From Kineosphaera sp. (GTDB lineage: Bacteria > Actinomycetota > Actinomycetes > Actinomycetales > Dermatophilaceae): DNA of 64,000 bases. Below the pieces are notes generated by a model that saw nothing but the letters and a program-made list of their open reading frames with translations, was not told where the DNA came from and did no database searches. Below are positions 31,854-40,594 of this stretch, one piece after another; positions within the stretch are counted from its first letter, which is position 1; each line of letters opens with the position of its first letter. The DNA lies in NCBI GenBank assembly GCA_039812485.1, contig JBDIAP010000002.1, forward strand, positions 33 through 64,032. The letters run 5' to 3'. Position numbers and translations under genes: made by a program.

Positions 31854-32912
31854 ATGACGCCCAGCACGCCCGCGACGGGAGCAGCCCGCCGAGTCCCGCT
31901 CTCGATCCTCGACCTGGCCCCCGTCTCGCAGGGCGGTGACGCGGCCCAGGCGCTGCGCGACTCCACCCGGCTGGCGCAGCTGGCCGACGATCTCGGCTAC
32001 GCCCGGTTCTGGATGGCCGAGCACCACGGCAGCCGCACGTTCGCCAGCTCGGCGACGGCCGTGCTGCTCGCCCACGTCGCGTCGGCGACCTCCCGCATCC
32101 GCGTCGGCTCCGGCGGGGTCATGCTGCCGAACCACGCCCCGCTCATGGTCGCGGAGTATTACGGCACGCTCGCCACCCTCTACGGGCCGCGGATCGACCT
32201 CGGGCTCGGACGCGCCCCCGGCACCGACCCCGTGACGGCCGCCGCGCTGCGGCGCAGCACCGGGCAGCTCGACTCCTTCGCCCAGGACGTCGCCGACCTG
32301 TCGGCCTGGCTCGGCCCGCGCGAGGACGCCCCCGACCTGCGGGTGCGCGCGCTCCCCGGAGAGGGCACCCGCGTGCCGCTGTGGATGCTCGGCTCGTCGC
32401 TCGGCGGTGCGAGCGTCGCCGCGGCGCTCGGGCTGCCGTTCTCGTTCGCGAGCCACTTCGCACCCGAGCAGCTGGGCCAGGCGCTGGACTACTACCGCGC
32501 CAACTTCGACGCGAGCGCGCCGACAGCGCAGGTCGATCGGCCCTACGTAATGGCGGGCGTCAACGTCATCGCCGCGCCGACGACCGAGGAGGCCGCACTG
32601 CTGCGCACGACGTCGATCGCCATGGGCGCCCAGATCCGCACCGGCCACGCCGGCCCGCTGCTGCCGCCGGACGAGCGCCTGCTCGAGGGGCTCGACCCGC
32701 GGGTCTCGGGCCTCATCGACCAGCTGCAGGCCGTGCGCGCGGTGGGCACGCCGAGCGAGGTCGTGGCGGCGCTGGAGTCCTTCGTCGCCGCCTACGGAGT
32801 CGACGAGCTCATCACGACGACCTACACGTGGGACCCGGCGCTGCGGCGCCGCTCCTACGAACTGCTCGCGCAGGCATGGGGACCCATGCCGTCGCCCGAG
32901 CTGGGGATCTGA
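31854..32912 (+). CDS. Luciferase-like (LLM) flavin-dependent oxidoreductase
   Basis: [37 protein letters not shown]. Confidence 0.92.
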   Translation: MTPSTPATGAARRVPLSILDLAPVSQGGDAAQALRDSTRLAQLADDLGYARFWMAEHHGSRTFASSATAVLLAHVASATSRIRVGSGGVMLPNHAPLMVAEYYGTLATLYGPRIDLGLGRAPGTDPVTAAALRRSTGQLDSFAQDVADLSAWLGPREDAPDLRVRALPGEGTRVPLWMLGSSLGGASVAAALGLPFSFASHFAPEQLGQALDYYRANFDASAPTAQVDRPYVMAGVNVIAAPTTEEAALLRTTSIAMGAQIRTGHAGPLLPPDERLLEGLDPRVSGLIDQLQAVRAVGTPSEVVAALESFVAAYGVDELITTTYTWDPALRRRSYELLAQAWGPMPSPELGI

Positions 32913-32932
32913 GCCCCACGCCCGGACCGACG

Positions 32933-32968
32933 CCGGCGGGGCGGCCTCGGCCGAGGCCGCCCCGCCGG
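32933..32968. terminator. Perfect 36-bp palindrome between convergent genes
   Basis: ccggcggggcggcctcgg|ccgaggccgccccgccgg. Confidence 0.7.
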
Positions 32969-33037
32969 GTCGGAGTCGCAGTGTCGGTAGTCGCAGTGTC
33001 GGTATCGGTGTCGATGCCGGCGTCGGTGCGGTGGTCG

Positions 33038-34081
33038 TCAGCAGGCGACCAGTGACGGCACGTGCTCGTGGAAGACCTGGCGAGCTCGCCGCCACACCGG
33101 CCCGTCCGGCAGGGTCGCGAGGATCGGCAGGAGGTCGTGGGAGTAGGCGAGCGAGGACTCCAGCGGCAGCAGCCGCGCGAGGTTGTCGATCGCGATGAGC
33201 TTGACCGGTCGGCTCCCGCCGCGCAGCTCGAGCACCGGAGACCGCCAGGTCGTCGGCTCGTGATAGATCGGCAACACGCTGCGCTCGCGGTTCGCCGGGC
33301 ACGAGACGTCGCAGATGACGCCCAGCCGGCGGTCGGGGGCGTCGAGGTCGTCGGTCGTGAGTAGCGGTGTGATCGGCCCGCTGACGCGCACGGTGTTGAC
33401 GAGGATGTCGTGGTCGAGGAGCGCCGCCGTGTCGAGCTCGCGCGTCTCGTCGCGGTCCCACTGGGTGGGCTCGATGCCGGCGACGCGCAGCGCCTCGACG
33501 GCCCCCGTGCCACCGCGACCGAGGGCCCCGACCACGAGCGCGGTCCGGCGCGGGCCGGCCGCCCCGGCGGCGAGCATGTCGTCGAGCACGGGCTTGGTCA
33601 TCGGCGCCAGCAGCCGCGGCAGCTCGCCACGGGCGGTGAGCACGGCGAGGGCTGCCCCGACATACCCCGCCCAGTAGGTGAAGGTCGCCACGCGATGCCC
33701 CGTCTCGTCGACGAGGTATTCGAGGTCGTAGAGGGTGCCGCCCCCGTCGCTGAATCGACGCAGCAGCCGCTCCGCGCCCTTCTCGCCCTTGAACGCGTTG
33801 CCGAAGAAGATGTGGTCGCGCAGCGGCACGTCGGCGGCGGCAAGCTCCTTGAGGCCGAGCACGATGGCGCCCTCGGGTGCGTCAGGCCAGCTGTCGGCGG
33901 GCGCGACGAGGCAGCCGACCGCCTCGTAGTCGGCGGTGGGGAAGACTCGGCTCGGCGACTCCTCGACGACGAGCCGGAATCCCTGGGCGACGAGGGCGCG
34001 GGCGTCGTCCGGGCTGATGGGGGCGCGCCCCTCACCGGCGCGGGTCTCGTGGCGCATCCACAACGTGGGCTTGGCGGTCAC
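33038..34081 (-). CDS. Saccharopine dehydrogenase (Lys1-like, AlaDh/PNT fold) homologue
   Basis: LWMRHE..EGRAPISP, LGLKEL, LYDLEYL, WAGYVGA, VGALGRGGTGA, ICDVSC; RBS aagggaga. Confidence 0.8.
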   Translation of the reverse strand: MTAKPTLWMRHETRAGEGRAPISPDDARALVAQGFRLVVEESPSRVFPTADYEAVGCLVAPADSWPDAPEGAIVLGLKELAAADVPLRDHIFFGNAFKGEKGAERLLRRFSDGGGTLYDLEYLVDETGHRVATFTYWAGYVGAALAVLTARGELPRLLAPMTKPVLDDMLAAGAAGPRRTALVVGALGRGGTGAVEALRVAGIEPTQWDRDETRELDTAALLDHDILVNTVRVSGPITPLLTTDDLDAPDRRLGVICDVSCPANRERSVLPIYHEPTTWRSPVLELRGGSRPVKLIAIDNLARLLPLESSLAYSHDLLPILATLPDGPVWRRARQVFHEHVPSLVAC

Positions 34082-34384
34082 CGCAGTCTCCCTTGTCGAG
34101 GGCCGCTCGCCCGACCCTGCTGGGTGCGGGCGAATGAGGGCATGTTTCGGCCAGGATGACACGTCCACGGGCGCCTGCCCACCCCCTCCCACACACCGGT
34201 CGGTCAGCACAGATGCGCAGGTCAGCCCACGAATCAAGTGCTCGGGATACCAGGCATCGATCGGGGTGGAACCCCTCCCTGGTCACCCGCCCAGAAGCCC
34301 GCGCCGCCGGGCCCAGAAGGGGGGTGCGAAAGCCCGGCGGGGACGACCGAGCACGCCCGGCGCCCACGCGACTCTGAGAAATCC

Positions 34385-36388
34385 TCAGCGGGTGTCGCGG
34401 GCGCGGCGCTCGCGGTAGTACTCGGCGCGGCGCGCGAGCTCGGCGTTGTAGGCCTCCAGCTCGGCATCGTGGTCGCGCACCGCCTGACGGTCGCGGCGGG
34501 CGGCCTCGTGCTCGTCGCTGCGCATCCACACCACGGCGACGGCGATCGCCAGCAGCAGCATCGGCCCCTCGCCGAAACCCCACGTCAACGCTCCCCCGGC
34601 GACCTGGTCGGCGTGCCGGTCGACGGGCCACGGCAGGGTGAGCGGGCCGAAGTAGCCGCCGGCGAGCAGGCTCGTCGTGCTGAGCAGGGCGACCCCGAAG
34701 AAGGCGTGGAAGCTCATCGTGACGAAGAGCAGCAGCAGCCGCAGCGACGGCGGCCAGCGGCTCGGGCCGGGGTCGGCGCCGACGAGGCTCCACCCGAAGA
34801 CGTAGCCCGCCAGCATGAAGTGCACGACCATGAGCATCATGCCGGTGTGCGTGCGCAGCGCCAGCTCGAAGAGCGGCGTGAAATAGAAGATGTAGAGCGA
34901 GCCGGCGAAGTTGATGCTCGCGATGATCGGGTTGGCCCAGAAGTTCATCCAGCGCGAGTGCGCCGTCGCGAGCATGATCTCGCGCGGCCCGAGGGTCTTG
35001 TCGCGTCGCGCGGGCAGCGCGCGGGCCGCGAGGGTCAGCGGCGCCGCCAGGCACAGGATGACCGGCACCGCCATCGCCAGCGACATGTGCATGAGCATGT
35101 GCGCCGAGAAGAGCAGCCGACCGTAGACCGCCGGGGCCCCGTTGGTCGTCCACACGAAGAGCAGCCAGCCGAGCAGCCACGCGGTCGTGCGCAGCGGCGA
35201 CCACGCGTCGCCGCGGCGATGCAGCCGCACGACCCCGGCGAGATAGAGGCCCATCGCGAGGATCGCGACGGCGAGCCACAGCCAGTCGACGCGCCAGGTC
35301 GTCAGCCACAGCAGGCCCTGCGGCGGCACCGCCGGGGCCGGGTAGCCGGTCACGGCGACGACAAGGTCCGCGGCGGTCTCCTGCGGCAGCGGCGGCACCG
35401 ACCGCGACAGCGCCACCCCCAGCCCCGTGGCCGCGCCCATGAGCCCGAGCTCGAGGGTGGCAAGGGTCGCGAACGCGCCGCGGGTGGAGCCCCCGGCCCG
35501 TTGCTGCAGCCGCCCGACGATCGCCGCGCGCATCCGCCACCCCGCGGCGCCCAGCGCGAGCAGCAGCACGACCTTGGCGACGACCAACACCCCGTAGCGC
35601 GACCCGAGACCCCCCGGCGAGCCCACCCGGATCGCGGCGTTGAGCACGCCCGAGGCCGCGACTGCGGCGAAGCACCACGCGAAGAGCACCGAGCAGCGCC
35701 CAACGGTGACGGCGAGCGCGTCGCCGAGCACCGGCCACAGCAGGAGCACGGCCGCCAACGCCCCGACCCAGGTCGAGGCTGCGACGAGGTGCACGGCCAG
35801 GGAGTTGACCGCGGTGTCGTGAGCGGCAGCGCCGGCGGCGTGCCCGACGAGGGCGAGCACGGCGAGGGCCAGCAGGCAGAGCGCCGCGAGCCACGTCATC
35901 GTGACGCGGCTGCGGGCCTGGGCGGCGCCCAGCGTCACGACCCCGGCCAGCATCGCGTCGATGAGCAGCACGCGGAAGAACTCGATGTCCCACACCTGCG
36001 CGAGCTGGCCGAGATAACCCGCCGAGCCCAGCGCGACGCCGCTGACGTTGGCGACCGCGAGCAGCAGACCGGCCAGGGCCGTGACCGTCCACACCGCGCC
36101 CGTGATCGTGGCGAGTCGGCAGGCCCGGCCGCGACGGTCGGTCGAGGCCCGCTCGGGCACGATCGTGCCGGCGAGCAGCAGCAGGCCGAGCGTGGCGGCG
36201 ACTGCCAGGTCGTGCACGACCCGCACGAGCGGGAGGCCGACGCGGGCCGCCGGGCCGCCGTCGTCGAAGCCGGTCAGCCCCGTGAAGATGCCCGTGTAGA
36301 CCCCGGCGAGAACTACCGTGACGAGCGTCGTCGCGAGCGGCACGGCGACCGCCGCGACGCAAGGGGTGATTCGTCTCGGGCTGGCCAT
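34385..36388 (-). CDS. CopD + cytochrome c oxidase assembly (Caa3_CtaG) fusion
   Basis: GHAAG, HLVAASTWVG, SAHMLMHM, SFHAFFG, DQVAGGALTWGFGE. Confidence 0.88.
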   Translation of the reverse strand: MASPRRITPCVAAVAVPLATTLVTVVLAGVYTGIFTGLTGFDDGGPAARVGLPLVRVVHDLAVAATLGLLLLAGTIVPERASTDRRGRACRLATITGAVWTVTALAGLLLAVANVSGVALGSAGYLGQLAQVWDIEFFRVLLIDAMLAGVVTLGAAQARSRVTMTWLAALCLLALAVLALVGHAAGAAAHDTAVNSLAVHLVAASTWVGALAAVLLLWPVLGDALAVTVGRCSVLFAWCFAAVAASGVLNAAIRVGSPGGLGSRYGVLVVAKVVLLLALGAAGWRMRAAIVGRLQQRAGGSTRGAFATLATLELGLMGAATGLGVALSRSVPPLPQETAADLVVAVTGYPAPAVPPQGLLWLTTWRVDWLWLAVAILAMGLYLAGVVRLHRRGDAWSPLRTTAWLLGWLLFVWTTNGAPAVYGRLLFSAHMLMHMSLAMAVPVILCLAAPLTLAARALPARRDKTLGPREIMLATAHSRWMNFWANPIIASINFAGSLYIFYFTPLFELALRTHTGMMLMVVHFMLAGYVFGWSLVGADPGPSRWPPSLRLLLLFVTMSFHAFFGVALLSTTSLLAGGYFGPLTLPWPVDRHADQVAGGALTWGFGEGPMLLLAIAVAVVWMRSDEHEAARRDRQAVRDHDAELEAYNAELARRAEYYRERRARDTR

Positions 36389-36415
36389 GCCGGTCAGCCT
36401 AGATAGGGTTGCCCC

Positions 36416-37279
36416 ATGCCCATGCACCCGTCCGCCCCCGACGACCTACCCGGTCTTGTCGCCGCCTACGGCCAGGCCGCCCAGGCTCTCGTCGACCTCG
36501 CGATCACGTGCACCGACGCCGATTTCGCCAAGCCGACGGACTGCCCCGGCTGGACCGTGAAGGACCAGTTCTCGCACGTGGCCTCGGTCGAGTCCGCGCT
36601 GCTCGGGCGGCCCGACGCGCCGACGCAGGTGCCCGCGTACGCGCACATCCGGCACGACATCGGGCGCGCGATCGAACAGGGGGTCGAGCTGCGCCGCGCC
36701 CGCCCCGGCAAGGAGGTCGCCCAGGAGCTGCACCGGGTCGTCTCGGCCCGGCTGGGCCGGCTGCGCGACAGCGAGCTCGAGGCGGACACGATCGTCGAGT
36801 CGCCGATGGGGCCGATGCCGCTGCTCCCGCTCATGCGCCGCAGGGTCAGCGACGTGTGGGTGCACGAGCAGGACGTGCGCACCGCCCTCGGTCGGCCGGG
36901 CAACCTCGACACCCCGGCCGCGGCCGCGTTCTGTGAGCTGGCGCTGGCGGAGCTGCCGCGCATCGTCGTGCAGGAGTGCCAGGTGGCGCCCGGGCGGGTG
37001 GTCATGATCGAGCTGACCGGCCCGGTCGTCGCGCGCACCGGAGTGCGCGTCGAGACCTCGCCCGACGGCGAGCCGGTCGGTCACGTGATGTTCGCCGGCG
37101 GCGCCGACGAGACCGGCCCGATCCCGGTCATCGGCAAGACGACGAGCATTCAGCTGTCGACCGACGCCTTCACGCGGCGCGCCGCGGGCCGGCGCGGGGT
37201 CGACGACCTGCACTACACGGTCATCGGCGACGAGGACGTGGCGCGCTGCGTGCTCGATCACTTCGCGGTCACGCCCTGA
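36416..37279 (+). CDS. Maleylpyruvate isomerase family mycothiol-dependent enzyme (MDMPI)
   Basis: TDCPGWTVKDQFSH, DVWVHEQDVRTALGRPG. Confidence 0.88.
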   Translation: MPMHPSAPDDLPGLVAAYGQAAQALVDLAITCTDADFAKPTDCPGWTVKDQFSHVASVESALLGRPDAPTQVPAYAHIRHDIGRAIEQGVELRRARPGKEVAQELHRVVSARLGRLRDSELEADTIVESPMGPMPLLPLMRRRVSDVWVHEQDVRTALGRPGNLDTPAAAAFCELALAELPRIVVQECQVAPGRVVMIELTGPVVARTGVRVETSPDGEPVGHVMFAGGADETGPIPVIGKTTSIQLSTDAFTRRAAGRRGVDDLHYTVIGDEDVARCVLDHFAVTP

Positions 37280-37290
37280 GCAACGGACCG

Positions 37291-37360
37291 GAATTCCCAG
37301 TCATCGAGTAGTCATAATGTGAGATTGGGATATTCAAAACAGAGTGTGATGTTTACCGTC
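37291..37360 (+). promoter_or_regulatory. AT-rich metY promoter region with an imperfect inverted repeat
   Basis: gaattccca (37291) ... tgggatattc (37326); CATAAT at 37313. Confidence 0.4.
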
Positions 37361-37365
37361 GTCGC

Positions 37366-38298
37366 ATGAGTCTTGACACGACCCCCGCCCCGTCCGCCGA
37401 CGGCACCCGCACCGACGGGCTCGACCCGGCCGACACGCGGCGCTGGGCGCAGTGGGGCTTCGACACGCGCCAGATCCACGCCGGTCAGGAGCCCGACGTC
37501 GCCACGCACGCCCGGGCCGTGCCCATCTACCAGTCGACGTCGTTCACCTTCGATGACACCCAGCACGCGAGTGACCTCTTCAGCCTCGCGGAGGTCGGCA
37601 ACATCTATTCGCGAGTGGGCAACCCGACCCAGACCGTGCTCGAGGAGCGGATCACCGCGCTGGAGGGCGGCGTCGCGACCGTCGCGACGGCGAGCGGGCA
37701 GTCGGCGGTGACGCTGTCGCTGCTCGCGTTGGCGAGCGCGGGCGACCACATCGTCTCGTCCGCCTCGCTCTACGGGGGGACGTACAACCTCTTCGAATAC
37801 ACGCTGGCCGATCTGGGCATCGAGGTGAGCTTCGTCGAGGACCCCGACGACCTCGACGCGTGGCGGGCCGCGGCGCGGCCGAACACCCGGGCGTTCTTCG
37901 GCGAGACGATCGGCAACCCGCGCGGCAACGTCCTCGACATCGCGGGCATCGCGGGCGTCGCGCACGATGCCGGGGTGCCGCTCGTCGTCGACAACACGGT
38001 CGCCACCCCCTACCTGCTGCGGCCGCTCGACCACGGCGCCGACATCGTCGTGCACTCGGCGACGAAGTTCCTCGGCGGGCACGGCACCGCGATCGGCGGG
38101 GCGATCGTCGACGGCGGGCGGTTCGCCTTCGACGAGCGACCGCAGCGATGGCCGCGGCTGCATCGGCCCGACCCGAGCTATCACGGGCTCGTGCTGTGGG
38201 AGGCGTTCGGCGCCGGCGGCGCCTACGCGACGCTCGTGCGCACCAAGCTGCTGCGCGACCTCGGCCCGTCGATCGTGGCCACCCCGAGGTCGCGGTAG
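37366..38298 (+). pseudogene. metY: O-acetylhomoserine sulfhydrylase, 3'-truncated (310 aa)
   Basis: FDTRQIHAGQ, IYSRVGNPT, HSATKFLGGHG. Similarity ends at LRDLGPSI; family members normally run about 430 aa. Confidence 0.85.
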
Positions 38299-39527
38299 TC
38301 GGCGGTGTTCTGCACGATGATCGTCAGCACCTGCATGGCCAGACCGAGGCCGACGCCGAAGACGAACATCGACAGCGACGTGACCAGCACCGACGTGTCG
38401 GCGGCCAGCCGCGACAGCAGCCACAACCCGATCGCCATGACGATCGAGCCGGCGATGGGGAAGATCTTGTAGGTGCCCGTGCGGCTGACGATGTTGCCCG
38501 ACGTGGTCGACGCGATGAGCAGGCCGATGACCATCGGCAGCATGTGCATGCCCGTACTCGTCGCCGACGCCCCTTGCCCGTATTGCAGGTAGGTCGGCAG
38601 GAACGTCATCGACCCCAGCAGCGCGAAGCCGACGATGAAGCTGAGGATCGAGCTGACCGTGAAGACGTTGCCGCGGAAGAGCCGCAGCGGCAGCACCGGG
38701 CTCGCGGCCCGCGACTCCACGAAGACGAAACCGCCGAAGAGCACGACACCCGCGACGAAGAGGCCGATGATCACCGGTGAGCTCCAGGCGTATTGTGTGC
38801 CGCCCCAGCTCGTCGCGAGCACGAGAGCCGCGGCGCCGGCGGACATCAGCGCGATGCCCGCGTAGTCGATGACCGGCTTGGCCTGCGCCTTGGTCGACGG
38901 CAGCAAGCGGATCGCGAACGGGAGCAGGACGAGCGCGACGGGCACGTTGACATAGAAAACCCACCGCCACGAGATGTTGTCGGTGAGGAAGCCGCCGGTG
39001 AGCGGGCCGAGCACGGTCGCGACGCCGAAGACCGCGCCGATCGCGCCCTGATAGGTGCCGCGCTCGCGCAGGGGGATGATGTCGGCGATCATCGCCGTCG
39101 CGGTGACCGTCAGCCCGCCGCCGCCGATGCCCTGCAGCGCGCGCATCGCGATGAGCCACACCATGCCGTCGGCCATGCCGCACAACGCCGACGCGACGAC
39201 GAAGAGCACGATCGAAAAGAGGAACATGCGCTTGCGACCGAAGAGGTCGCCGAACTTGCCGAAGAGCGCCGTCGAGATCGTCTGCGTCAGCAGGTAGGCG
39301 GTGACGACCCACGTCATGTGGTCACCGCCGCCGAGCTCCCCGACGATCGTCGGCAGCGCCGTCGAGACGATCGTGCCGTCGAGCGCCGCGAGCAGCATGC
39401 CACCCGCGATGGCCGCGAACGCGACGTTGCGGGCGCGGCCGGTGAGCTCCGGGCGGTCGTCGCCGAGGTCCGGGGTGTCGTCCGGGCTGTCGTGGGGGCC
39501 GGCGTCGTCGGTGACGGTCGATGTCAT
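38223..39527 (-). pseudogene. DHA2 (EmrB/QacA) MFS drug transporter, 3'-truncated
   Basis: LLAALDGTIVSTALP, GDLFGRK, WRWVFYVNVP. It ends at QNTADYRDLGVAT and then reads into antisense metY. Confidence 0.8.
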
Positions 39528-39636
39528 GGGGAGCATTCTCGCCCCACCCCGCGCGGATATCAGGTCCGAAAACCGGCCGACGCCCCGCGGGCCCGTTCAC
39601 AGGCTCGTCGACGATGTCGACATCGCCGCTGCGATG

Positions 39637-40449
39637 TCACGTGGCGTCCGGGTCGCGCAGGTAGGCGCGCAGGGCGTCGCGGCGGCGGGTGACGAGGGCG
39701 AGGGCGACCCGCCGACCGATGAGGTAGACGGGCACGCTCGCGACGATGACGAGCGCGGCTCCCAGCGCGAAGGGCTCTGGACCCCAACGCTGCCCGCGCG
39801 GTAGGTGCAGGAGCCGAGGCACCATGAAGAGCACCGACAGCAGCACGGAGCCCACCCACGGCACCGCGAACCACGGCAGGAAGATCAGCACGAGCCAGCG
39901 CACCCCGGCGCGCCAGTCGCGACGGCGCGCCCAGCGCCAGGCCAGGGAGCGCTGTCGGTAGGGCAGCACGATCCCCAGCCAGGAGGCGACCGCGAGCATC
40001 GGGAACGGCACGACCAGCAGGGCCGTGGCGACGCCCAGCGCGGGCATGAGCTCGTCGTGCTGCACGCCGATGACCAGCGCGATCACCGCGCACACCGGCG
40101 CCGTGAGCAGCCACATGAGCCAGATCTTCGCCAGCAGGTAGTCGCCGATCGCGCTCGAGTCGGGATCCTCCAGCGCCGCCAGCGCCAGGGCCGGCGAGGA
40201 CCCGATGACGTTCGTGGCGGGCACGTCGGCCACCATCCACGACTGCAGCAGCATCGCGAACGTCAGCGGCCCGTGCAGCGTCACGAGCCAGTCGCGGAAC
40301 TCCAGCGGCACCAGATAGACGGCGCACAGGAACAGGCCCGCGTTGAGGGCGACGACGAGCGGTGCCTCGAAGGGCCAGTGCCACGCCTCGCTCCACTGGG
40401 CGGCGAGCGCAGCGCGAAGCCCGCCTCGCTCTACCGTCGTGAGCTGCAC
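39637..40449 (-). CDS. Hypothetical multi-pass membrane protein; start uncertain
   Basis: About 6 hydrophobic segments; DVPATNV motif. Confidence 0.7.
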   Translation of the reverse strand: MQLTTVERGGLRAALAAQWSEAWHWPFEAPLVVALNAGLFLCAVYLVPLEFRDWLVTLHGPLTFAMLLQSWMVADVPATNVIGSSPALALAALEDPDSSAIGDYLLAKIWLMWLLTAPVCAVIALVIGVQHDELMPALGVATALLVVPFPMLAVASWLGIVLPYRQRSLAWRWARRRDWRAGVRWLVLIFLPWFAVPWVGSVLLSVLFMVPRLLHLPRGQRWGPEPFALGAALVIVASVPVYLIGRRVALALVTRRRDALRAYLRDPDAT

Positions 40450-40494
40450 GATCCCATGATGCGCCCGCCACTGGCCCGACCAGCCTGTACCCGT

Positions 40495-40580
40495 GCCGAA
40501 GGCCGGCGTTCGAGCCGACGGCACTGGCTAGAGCACGTGCCGTCGGCGAGAACCCCGGCCCTCGACCGGTGAGCGGGTGG
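40495..40580. repeat. REP-like palindromic element, copy B
   Basis: gccgacggcac / gtgccgtcggc inner stem; aligns with 20986-21071. Confidence 0.7.
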
Positions 40581-40594
40581 CGGAGGCGCCGGCC

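Noticed and set aside
34082-34384. Lysine riboswitch or ncRNA upstream of the saccharopine dehydrogenase homologue
   Set aside because: Only short repeats are present (gcccagaag x2, gtgctcgg/ccgagcac), with no recognisable aptamer.
37280-37365. SAM riboswitch before metY
   Set aside because: The region is too short and lacks recognisable SAM-I/IV cores. The cys operon leader (31308-31410) also lacks them.
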